Source: Verrucomicrobiales bacterium (lineage in GTDB: Bacteria; Verrucomicrobiota; Verrucomicrobiia; Verrucomicrobiales; V1-33). Taken from it: DNA of 17,311 nt. Numbering within the stretch: the stretch's first letter is position 1; each line of letters opens with the position of its first letter. Made by a program: the position numbers and the translations under genes. Below the pieces are notes generated by a model. The model searched no databases and was not told the origin of the DNA. It saw only the letters and a program-made list of their open reading frames with translations. Shown here one piece after another: positions 9,346 to 16,784 of this stretch. The DNA is taken from positions 1-17,311 of the forward strand of contig JANOAV010000176.1 in assembly GCA_031411295.1 (NCBI GenBank), read 5' to 3'.

Positions 9346-9651
9346 TTATTCCAATTCGGGCAGTAGCTGCGCCACTTTTTCCTTCATTTCCTTACCTGGC
9401 TTAAACTTCACGACCGCCCGGGCCGGAATCGGCACATCCGCGCTCGGGTTATTCGGATTGCGGCCAACTTTTGGCTTGGTGCGTCGAATTTCAAATGCGC
9501 CAAAATTACGCAGCACCACCTCGTCATTATTCGCCAAATGTTTAATCACATCCTCCAAGAAGTATTGTAACACATTGAAGACCTGTTGCTGGGTCAGTCC
9601 GGTCTTGTCTGTAATCTGAACGACTAAGTCGCGCTTGGTAATAGTTGGCAT
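9346..9651 (-). CDS. HU/IHF-family DNA-binding protein
   Basis: ITKRDLV...VVLRNFGAFEIRRTKPKVGRNP...IPARAVVKFKPGKEMKE. Confidence 0.95.
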   Translation of the reverse strand: MPTITKRDLVVQITDKTGLTQQQVFNVLQYFLEDVIKHLANNDEVVLRNFGAFEIRRTKPKVGRNPNNPSADVPIPARAVVKFKPGKEMKEKVAQLLPELE

Positions 9652-9756
9652 ATAGCTTAAAGGAAAATCCTGGGACTAACTAAATTCACGAAACAAAAAT
9701 GTAAAGAGGAGTTTGGTGTCGAGCCTAGGAAAGTTCGGAAGCGAATCCGTTCAAAT

Positions 9757-10314
9757 TCAGCCCAGCTTACGCTTGTGCTTGGTTTTTAACAACTTGTGAT
9801 GTTTCTTCATGGCCTCGGCCTTCGCCAACTGGCGACGCAGCTTGGGCCAATATTCTTCGGCCACGATATAGCCGATGCAACTCTTGGTGCCACAGCGGCA
9901 GGGATGGTCTTCCCAATTCTCCAATGCAAAGCCATAATTCAGACCCAATTCGCTCCCGTGCGGAATGTCTTTGGTGGCCACATACCAAATGCGTCCACGG
10001 ACAATATGGGCCTCGCAATTTGGCTCGCAGGTGTGGTTCATCAGTCTGGCATCGTTGTAATCTACGTTACCATCGATATCGTGAGTCTGATTCAGAATAA
10101 ACATATAAACCGCACCCCCTCCTGTCTCCTTCGCCTTTTCCACTAACTCGGTGGCACGCCGCTCCGACTCTTTTTTGGTGACTTTTTCTCCCAGATATTC
10201 CAGAATGCGTTCTCCTTGTTTAATGTCTCGGGCAGCGTAAAGCCCCCGTCCGTGAACGGAGGATTCGTGAACAAAGTAGGCGGGTTCTGGCGGGAGGGAT
10301 AGTTTGCTAGGCAT
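9757..10314 (-). CDS. SET-domain protein-lysine methyltransferase with post-SET motif
   Basis: HGRGLYA, ILEYLGE, RLMNHTCEPNC, ELGLNYG and post-SET CRCGTKSC. Start is 10314 (MPSK) or 10326. Confidence 0.92.
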   Translation of the reverse strand: MPSKLSLPPEPAYFVHESSVHGRGLYAARDIKQGERILEYLGEKVTKKESERRATELVEKAKETGGGAVYMFILNQTHDIDGNVDYNDARLMNHTCEPNCEAHIVRGRIWYVATKDIPHGSELGLNYGFALENWEDHPCRCGTKSCIGYIVAEEYWPKLRRQLAKAEAMKKHHKLLKTKHKRKLG

Positions 10315-10321
10315 GACGACG

Positions 10322-10350
10322 AACATGAGTTGACTTCACCGAATGGTCAA
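10322..10350 (-). promoter_or_regulatory. Putative promoter of the SET gene
   Basis: Minus strand TTGACC, 17 nt, CATGTT, then 7 nt to the ATG at 10314. Confidence 0.4.
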
Positions 10351-10444
10351 GTGTTGATGGTGGGGCTTGATTTTACCTCACCCCATGCCAGAGTAGCCGC
10401 GCACCAGCCTTCCTTTCCAGTGATCACCACCAACCGCCGCTACC

Positions 10445-10672
10445 ATGGATTCCAGCCTCCTCACCACCGAACCGCCCAGCCCTCCTGCCCCTGCCTCCAG
10501 CGTGGATCTGGGAGAACTGAAGTCCGCCGCCGAACACGCGCTGCAGGATGCCAAGGTGAAGTTCGATGCCCTCCTCAAGGACGGATGCGCCTACGTGCAG
10601 GCCAACCCGGGAAAATCCGTGCTGGCAGCGCTGGGCGCGGGGTTTGTGCTGGGAATGGTCTTCAAGGATTAA
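10445..10672 (+). CDS. Small DUF883/YqjD/ElaB-like tail-anchored protein
   Basis: C-terminal YVQANPGKSVLAALGAGFVLGMVF matches the YqjD/ElaB tail-anchor pattern. Confidence 0.75.
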   Translation: MDSSLLTTEPPSPPAPASSVDLGELKSAAEHALQDAKVKFDALLKDGCAYVQANPGKSVLAALGAGFVLGMVFKD

Positions 10673-10731
10673 CCAATCCTCTCGACCTCCTTGCTCCCGC
10701 TTCAAACCTACCGCCATCGCCTCTCGCTCCC

Positions 10732-11124
10732 ATGTCAGATCCCGCCACCGCATCCGCCGCTCCGCCCCCGGTAACTTTCGCCACCGTTCAGGATCGAGCC
10801 TTGGACCTCCTCAAGAATCCCGTCGTCCTGGCGGGAGGCACGGTGATTTTGGGCATTGTGCTGGCACGCTTGACCGCAGGCAAACAACTCCGGGAAAATG
10901 CCGCTCGTTCCCTGGGCGATCTCATCAAAACGAAGGCCACTGCGGCCTTTTTCCCCAATGCCGCTCCCGTTGCGGAACCCATTCCGCCACCCGTCTCCTC
11001 CCCACCCCCATCCGCAGATCCCTGGATCGCTGCGGGAAAGCAGATCTTGGACTCCGTGGCCCCAAATTTAGCGACGCAATTGAAGAAAAGGCTTGCGGAG
11101 ATTTTGCCGAATCAGCATAACTGA
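10732..11124 (+). CDS. Hypothetical protein with one hydrophobic segment
   Basis: 3' part of ORF 10330-11124, probable start MSDPATA. Contains LLKNPVVLAGGTVILGIVLARL and follows the DUF883-like gene. Confidence 0.65.
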   Translation: MSDPATASAAPPPVTFATVQDRALDLLKNPVVLAGGTVILGIVLARLTAGKQLRENAARSLGDLIKTKATAAFFPNAAPVAEPIPPPVSSPPPSADPWIAAGKQILDSVAPNLATQLKKRLAEILPNQHN

Positions 11125-11267
11125 AAAAATTCCACAGGGGCGTCGTCGCGGACGCAGAAATTTCTTTACCAACCAGCCATTCATGCTTGGGCGGATCTAA
11201 GCAAGCTCACCCTGGCGGTTTCACCATCCCCATTACAACCAACTCCATCTGAACCAGACCACCCCAT

Positions 11268-12389
11268 ATGAGTGAGGCCTTAGCTGATGCCACCGAGACC
11301 GTCTCGGTCTTGAACCATGTCAACGATTACCTGCGCCTCGGTCAGGAATACGACTGCTCCGATATCCACTTGGCCACTGCCTCCAAACCCGCTTGGCGTC
11401 GTTACGGGCACTTGCAGGCGATCTGGGAGAATGCTGCGCGTCTCACCCATGAGGACACCCACCGCTTGGTTCACACCTTTCTCACCCCCAAAGAAATGGC
11501 CCGCTTGGAAGAGCGGGGCGACGTGGACTTTGCTTACGCTACCGACTTCGGCCGCTTCCGGGCGTCCGTCATCCGCCAGCGCCTTGGTTATGACATGGCG
11601 TTTCGGATTATTAATACCCACCTGCGCACGATGGAAGAGCTGCAACTCAGCCCGCATATCCATCCGTTGATCCAGTATCACAACGGCCTGGTGCTGGTCA
11701 CCGGTTCCGTCGGTTCCGGGAAATCCACCACCTTGGCGGCCTTGGTCAACCAAATTAACCACGAGCGCCACGACCACATCATTACTTTGGAAGACCCCAT
11801 CGAATATGTGCTCGAGTCCAAAGGCTGCCACGTCAATCAACGGGAGTTGCACACCCACACCGAGAGTTTTGGAGCCGCCCTGCGCGCCTCCCTGCGGGAA
11901 GACCCCGATGTCATCATGGTTGGGGAAATGCGGGATTTGGAAACGATCTCGCTCGCCATCACGGCCTCTGAAACGGGTCACTTGGTGTTGGGCACCCTGC
12001 ACACCGGATCCGCTGCCCGGACGCTGGATCGGGTCCTCGATGTGTTTCCCACCGACCAACGGGATCAGATTCGCATGATGGTCAGCGAATCCCTCCGCGG
12101 CATCCTTTCCCAGCAACTGGTGCCCCGGGCAGACGGGAATGGTCGCGTCATGGCCATGGAATTGCTGGTGAACACCCCCGCCGTCGGCAACTGTATCCGT
12201 GAGGGCAAAACCTTCATGCTGGGAGGCATCATGCAGACCGGCAAGAAGGTCGGCATGATCACGATGGACGACGCCCTCAAAGATCTTTTCTTCAAAGGAC
12301 TCATCACTGCCGAAGAAGCCATCGCGCGCGCCATCGACCCCGATACGCTCACGACGGACATTCAAGGCGCCGCCAAAGGCCGGCGGTAA
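11268..12389 (+). CDS. pilT: PilT/PilU-family type IV pilus ATPase (paralogue 1)
   Basis: SDIHL, Walker A GSVGSGKST, EDPIE, EDPDVIMVGEMRD, GHLVLGTLH and AVGNCIRE. Confidence 0.93.
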   Translation: MSEALADATETVSVLNHVNDYLRLGQEYDCSDIHLATASKPAWRRYGHLQAIWENAARLTHEDTHRLVHTFLTPKEMARLEERGDVDFAYATDFGRFRASVIRQRLGYDMAFRIINTHLRTMEELQLSPHIHPLIQYHNGLVLVTGSVGSGKSTTLAALVNQINHERHDHIITLEDPIEYVLESKGCHVNQRELHTHTESFGAALRASLREDPDVIMVGEMRDLETISLAITASETGHLVLGTLHTGSAARTLDRVLDVFPTDQRDQIRMMVSESLRGILSQQLVPRADGNGRVMAMELLVNTPAVGNCIREGKTFMLGGIMQTGKKVGMITMDDALKDLFFKGLITAEEAIARAIDPDTLTTDIQGAAKGRR

Positions 12390-12438
12390 TCCACCGCACG
12401 CTTAACCACTTTTATTTTACCTTTTTCTTTTTTTCGAC

Positions 12439-13527
12439 ATGGCTCATATCGACGAATATTTTCGCGTTTTAGTTGAGAGCAAGGGCTCCGACCTTCACCT
12501 CAGCGAGGGACAACCTCCCAAAATCCGGGTCCACGGGGAAGTCACCGCCCTCGATGCTGACATCCTCACCCACGATCAACTTGAGTATATGCTCAAGGAA
12601 ATCGCAGAGCCCAAGGCTTGGGAGAAATACAAAAACTTCGGAGACCTGGACTTCGCTTACGAAATGGACGAGAAGAGCCGTTTCCGTTGTAACTTCTTTA
12701 AGCAAAACAACGGGTATGGCGCGGTCTTTCGTTTAATCCCGACCAAGATCGCCACCATCGAAGACCTCAATGTGCCGCAGGCCATCAAGAAATTCGCCCA
12801 CATGCGCAGCGGTCTGGTGCTAGTCACTGGACCGACCGGTTCCGGCAAATCAACCACCCTGGCCGCCTTGATGGATTACATCAACACGAACTCCTCACGG
12901 CATATCATCACCATTGAGGAACCGATCGAGTTCGTGCACCAGAACAAGATGTCCATCATCACCCAGCGCGAGGTGCCGATGCAAACGCCCACCTTCTCGG
13001 ATGGCCTGCGGGCGGCCTTGCGGCAAGATGCAGACATCGTGCTGGTGGGGGAAATGCGGGATTTGGAAACCATCTCCCTCGCCCTAACTGCGGCCGAAAC
13101 CGGCCTGCTCGTCTTCGGCACCCTCCACACCAACAACGCCCGCAAGACCGTGGACCGAATCATCGACGTCTTCCCGGCCGATCAACAATCGCAGGTCCGC
13201 ACCATGTTGGCAGCCTCCCTGCGTGGCGTAGTCGCACAGCTGCTGATGAAAAAGGCGGATGGCAAAGGCCGCGTGGCCGTCAACGAAATCCTCTTTTCCA
13301 CCCCCGCCGTGGCTTCCATCATTCGGGAAGGTGCTACCCAGAAACTCTACGACGTTATCACCTCCGGTGGCGCGCTGGGCATGCAATTCATGGACCAAGC
13401 CGTCTGGGAGAAGCTCAAGGAAGGTGTCGTGAGCCCGCTCGAAGCCTACATGAAGGCGATCGACAAAAAACGCTTCAAGGGATTCCTCCCTCCAGAAATG
13501 CTCGCAGAATTCGAAGAAGGAGGCTAA
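12439..13527 (+). CDS. pilT: PilT-family type IV pilus retraction ATPase (paralogue 2)
   Basis: GSDLHL, GPTGSGKST, EEPIE, DADIVLVGEMRD, GLLVFGTLH and AVASIIRE. Confidence 0.93.
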   Translation: MAHIDEYFRVLVESKGSDLHLSEGQPPKIRVHGEVTALDADILTHDQLEYMLKEIAEPKAWEKYKNFGDLDFAYEMDEKSRFRCNFFKQNNGYGAVFRLIPTKIATIEDLNVPQAIKKFAHMRSGLVLVTGPTGSGKSTTLAALMDYINTNSSRHIITIEEPIEFVHQNKMSIITQREVPMQTPTFSDGLRAALRQDADIVLVGEMRDLETISLALTAAETGLLVFGTLHTNNARKTVDRIIDVFPADQQSQVRTMLAASLRGVVAQLLMKKADGKGRVAVNEILFSTPAVASIIREGATQKLYDVITSGGALGMQFMDQAVWEKLKEGVVSPLEAYMKAIDKKRFKGFLPPEMLAEFEEGG

Positions 13528-13584
13528 CGCCCACCACTTGCTTTCTGACGTGCTCCTCACGTCACCAGCCACTAACCCCAAATT

Positions 13585-14640
13585 ATGCCCGCTTACATCG
13601 ACGAATTGGTGCAGACCGCTTGCGGCCATGCCGCGTCAGATCTCTTTCTGAGCGAAGATCGCGTCCCCCGCATCAAAATCGGAGGCTACATCCATCCCCT
13701 GGGAGATCGCATCCTAACCAAGGCTGAAATGACCGCGTTCTGGCAAACCTGTGGCGTCAATCCCGAGACCGACACCGACCGGGACGTTGCCTACGTGGCC
13801 CCGGGCGAAACCCGCTTCCGTGTCAATTGCTACCGGCACAGCGGCCTGCTGGGAGCCGTCCTCCGTCTGATCAAGACCACCATCCCCGCCTTGGCCTCCC
13901 TCGGGGCTCCCACGGAGGTTCTGAAAGGCTGGCTGGAACGCAGCAACGGACTCCTGCTGGTCACCGGACCAACCGGGGCGGGTAAATCAACTACACTGGC
14001 CGCCTGTCTGGATTATTTGAACGATCACAAGGATTACCATGTCGTCTGCATTGAAGACCCCATGGAATATCAATTTACCAATCGCAAAGCCCTCTTCACC
14101 CAGCGTGAAGTGGGCAAGGACACGCCGAATTTCTCCACCGGCCTGCGCAGCGCTTTGCGACAAGCCCCAGATGTCATTTTCCTGGGAGAAATACGTGATG
14201 CCGAGACCGCCCTCATCGCCCTGCAAGCCGCCGAAACCGGCCACCTCGTCTTCGGCACGCTCCACAGTGCCACCGTGACCGACTCCCTCGAGCGCTTCGT
14301 CCACCTGATGAATGAAGAACAACGCGAAGGAGCGCAAACGCTGCTTTCCTATCAACTCATCGGCGTGCTCTCCCAGCAACTCCTCCCGGCCACCGAGGAA
14401 GGCGCTTCCGTGCTCGTCTGTGAACACTTGGAAGTCACCGCCGCCGCCCGCGATTGGATCCGCGAAATGAAGCTCCCGGAAATTCGCGAATTCATGCGCC
14501 GCAAAGATGCCGGCAACCGCGTCTTCATCGACGCCCTGGCCGAAGCCTATCAGCACGGCCGTATTTCCTACGAGACCGCCATGGCCCACAGCGGAAATAC
14601 CTACGAACTGACCCGCCTGCTCCGCGGCATTTCCCACTAG
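13585..14640 (+). CDS. PilT/PilU-family ATPase (paralogue 3, more divergent)
   Basis: ASDLFL, GPTGAGKST, EDPME, QAPDVIFLGEIRD, GHLVFGTLH and AARDWIRE. Confidence 0.9.
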   Translation: MPAYIDELVQTACGHAASDLFLSEDRVPRIKIGGYIHPLGDRILTKAEMTAFWQTCGVNPETDTDRDVAYVAPGETRFRVNCYRHSGLLGAVLRLIKTTIPALASLGAPTEVLKGWLERSNGLLLVTGPTGAGKSTTLAACLDYLNDHKDYHVVCIEDPMEYQFTNRKALFTQREVGKDTPNFSTGLRSALRQAPDVIFLGEIRDAETALIALQAAETGHLVFGTLHSATVTDSLERFVHLMNEEQREGAQTLLSYQLIGVLSQQLLPATEEGASVLVCEHLEVTAAARDWIREMKLPEIREFMRRKDAGNRVFIDALAEAYQHGRISYETAMAHSGNTYELTRLLRGISH

Positions 14641-14652
14641 GGTGCTTGCGCC

Positions 14653-15093
14653 TTACCGCCGCAGCGCCTGAATTAGCTCATCCAGCTTATTCGCCACCTC
14701 CAGCGCCGTCGGCGTGGGATTCACTGGCAGCAGCAGTGCCACGCCATTGCTGCTGGCGGAAGTCGTATTGATGGCATCCACCAGTTGTTGCGAACTTACA
14801 TCTCCGGTCGGCCCGGTCGCACCATCAATTCCTGCTGGAATCGTGAAACTGAAGTGCACCAGCGAGCCATCGAAGAAAACGGCAGCTCCGGCCGGAGTCA
14901 TGGGGCTCACCGTGGTGACGGAATCCACCGTCACATTGGCAAAGGCCGGGCCGGGTGGGCCCTGCGCTCCGGCGGGACCAGCTGGGCCTGCGGGAATGGC
15001 GTCGATCAGGCTTTGGAGCCCGGTAAACTGGGAACGGAGTTCGGCGGCATCCACCTCGGAGTCGTTCAGCGGAAGAGCAGGGTTAAAGGGCAT
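14653..15093 (-). CDS. Hypothetical protein with short collagen-like Gly-X-Y stretches
   Basis: GPAGPAGAQGPPGPA and GIDGATGPTGDV flank a beta-rich segment. The C-terminus is helical (EVANKLDELIQALRR) and there is no signal peptide. Confidence 0.78.
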   Translation of the reverse strand: MPFNPALPLNDSEVDAAELRSQFTGLQSLIDAIPAGPAGPAGAQGPPGPAFANVTVDSVTTVSPMTPAGAAVFFDGSLVHFSFTIPAGIDGATGPTGDVSSQQLVDAINTTSASSNGVALLLPVNPTPTALEVANKLDELIQALRR

Positions 15094-15176
15094 GTCATTT
15101 AATGGTTAAGTTTAGCGGACGGGGTCCAGGTGTTTCGGTTCAAGGTTCCTAATTTACATTCGGTAAATCTCCTCCG

Positions 15177-15256
15177 GGTAGTGGCCGACTTTTGGAGGCC
15201 AGCGCCATGCTGAGTTGGCTTAGCGGGACGCTGGCCTCAGAAAATCGGCCACTACC
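15177..15256. repeat. Long inverted repeat, GTAG-type REP doublet / MITE-like hairpin
   Basis: 28-bp arms GGTAGTGGCCGACTTTTGGAGGCCAGCG and CGCTGGCCTCAGAAAATCGGCCACTACC (3 mismatches). Each arm is GTAG plus an internal TGGCC..GGCCA palindrome. An inner stem GCTGAG-ttgg-CTTAGC is also present. Confidence 0.7.
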
Positions 15257-15390
15257 TTTCACCGAGTTTCAAATAGAAGTTGTCTAATAGACATATATCC
15301 ATGACGCACTAGGTGGTGATACGGGAGCCATTTCCTAGCTCAGAAGTGCTTTTTGGAAAATTGAACTTATGGCCTGGGTTAAGTAACTGC

Positions 15391-16104
15391 TTAAGGGGCC
15401 ATGCAAACGGTTTCATCACTGAAAGGACTCTCCAAATCCTTTGGTCCCATTACCTTGATGCGGAAGGCATACTTTTTACCCGAAATCAACCCGCTCACAG
15501 TAATGGAACTCTTGGCGCTGAGCTTGGCTTGCTGCCATACTCCTGGGGCGGCGGTGTCGGAATGTTCCCGGCATTCGTAGATGTAGGTCTTGGCCTTGGG
15601 CACGGCGGTGCAGCGCACGATGATCTCTCCGGGGTTGGGTCCCATTTGGGCGATCACACTCTGGGGCACGCCCATGCTGGTGGTGGGGGTGGGGGCGGAT
15701 TGGACGGGGAAGCCGGCACTCAGGATCTTGGCTTCATCCCCCTTGGATGTAAGATCCACGTAGGCGCCGCGTGAGGTGAGCAGGGCTTCCAGGGTGGTGC
15801 GCAGGGCGGCCTTTTCTGCCCGCAGTTGGGTGCCTTTGATGTCGTTTTTCTCTATCTCCTTCAGCTTGGCATCATAGGCGGCCAGCGCTGCGCTGTAGGC
15901 TGCGGCGGTGGGGTCGGGCGTTGGGAAGTCCGTATTCCCATTCATGGCATCCTCGTGGGTCTTGCCGAAGATGCTCAGGTCTGAATCGGACTTGTTTTGT
16001 AGCTCTAATTTTACTTTGGCCATATGTTTTGGTTGGATGATAGCCACTGCGGGCGAATATCGCACGCCAGAGTTGTAGAGGACTCCAGAGTTATACTGTG
16101 CCAT
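15391..16104 (-). CDS. Hypothetical protein with helical N-terminal region and C-terminal fibronectin type III-like domain
   Basis: C-terminus W...ITVSGLISGKKYAFRIKVMG...SPFSD fits the FN3 pattern. An alternative start is MAKVKL at 16023. Confidence 0.8.
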   Translation of the reverse strand: MAQYNSGVLYNSGVRYSPAVAIIQPKHMAKVKLELQNKSDSDLSIFGKTHEDAMNGNTDFPTPDPTAAAYSAALAAYDAKLKEIEKNDIKGTQLRAEKAALRTTLEALLTSRGAYVDLTSKGDEAKILSAGFPVQSAPTPTTSMGVPQSVIAQMGPNPGEIIVRCTAVPKAKTYIYECREHSDTAAPGVWQQAKLSAKSSITVSGLISGKKYAFRIKVMGPKDLESPFSDETVCMAP

Positions 16105-16339
16105 AGAAGCAGGTAGTGGCTAAATGATGATCAAGTGAACCATCGGACAGTAGGCAACACGGTAATGATGGTTCTAAAATTATCCGTGCAGCGCAATAAT
16201 GCATTCAATCATCCATGAGGTCAATAAAAAATAACATGGTCTTGAAAAAAATTTCTTAGTAGGCTAATGTCGCGTTAGTTAATGCACCTTAACCACCACC
16301 TGGCGTTTGTTCCTTGGTTGCTTTAACTCATTGCTCCTG

Positions 16340-16691
16340 CACCTGCCCTTATGTTTACCTGTTCTCTTCATCATCCATCCCTTGCCCATGGCTCATGGCA
16401 GCCGGAAACTGAGGTCATGGTCAGCCTCCCCTGCGGTCTTCTTCTGCCAACCATGAGCTTACGGAGTCACCACCCTGCGGTCATCGTGACTAAACTAGGA
16501 TGTCATTCTTGGCCGAGCCTGAGGGTATGGCAAGTCAACGATCAGGTCATAGTCGCCAGACCATGACCTTAGGGTGCCTCCACCATGAAGTCATCCCCAT
16601 GCGACCATGAGGTCATACTCGCCACACCATGAGGTCATAGTGGGCCAACCATGATGGCATAGCGGCATCACCATGATGTCAGGAAATCATT
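16340..16691. repeat. Degenerate tandem array with exact 22-bp period (consensus ACCATGAGGTCAT-N9)
   Basis: Units start at 16384, 16406, 16428 ... 16670 (14 units), with weaker in-register units at 16340 and 16362. The core ATGAnnTCAT is palindromic. Confidence 0.9.
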
Positions 16692-16699
16692 TTCTGACC

Positions 16700-16784
16700 A
16701 TAGTTTCCATCGAGCCTCCCCCAGAAACCCTTCCGTAACCCGCTGATCTTCAGGGGTTTGTTGCAATTTAGCCTCGAATCACCT
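16700..16784. promoter_or_regulatory. Putative CRISPR leader with IHF-like motif
   Basis: Non-coding stretch abutting a non-degenerate first repeat. TAACCCGCTGATC (16736-16748) resembles YAAnnnnTTGATW and is flanked by AAACCC and GGGTTT. Confidence 0.45.

Noticed and set aside
9551..9566. Partial similarity of spacer 5 to the HU/IHF gene (self-targeting)
   Set aside because: Only 13 of 16 nt match and the rest of the spacer does not align, so this is chance level.
10330..10731. N-terminal half of the 264-aa ORF 10330-11124
   Set aside because: It overlaps the better-supported 10445-10672 gene in another frame, so the real start is probably 10732.
8302..14637. Long antisense ORFs (8302-9225, 11280-12365, 13987-14637; likewise 4893-5660 and 6220-6849)
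   Set aside because: These are shadow ORFs opposite better-supported genes, as expected from GC-rich codon bias, and they carry no motifs.
16118..16126. GGCTAAATG match to the CRISPR repeat as a possible tracrRNA anti-repeat
   Set aside because: Only 9 bp, with no extended complementarity to the GTTTTGATC end and no evident downstream hairpins.
16252..16268. TTAG-tagg-CTAA as another MntR box
   Set aside because: Half-site spacing (4 nt) differs from the operator (6 nt) and the arms are short.
16351..16566. 71-aa ORF over the 22-bp array
   Set aside because: The 22-bp period is out of codon phase, the peptide shows no repeat, and the ORF covers only part of the array, so it is likely spurious.
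16340..16691. TIGR-Tas array interpretation (9-nt variable segments)
   Set aside because: I see no clear alternation of edge and loop repeats, no 36-nt unit and no Nop-domain gene in the window. The linkers also share partial similarity (agtcgcca-like).
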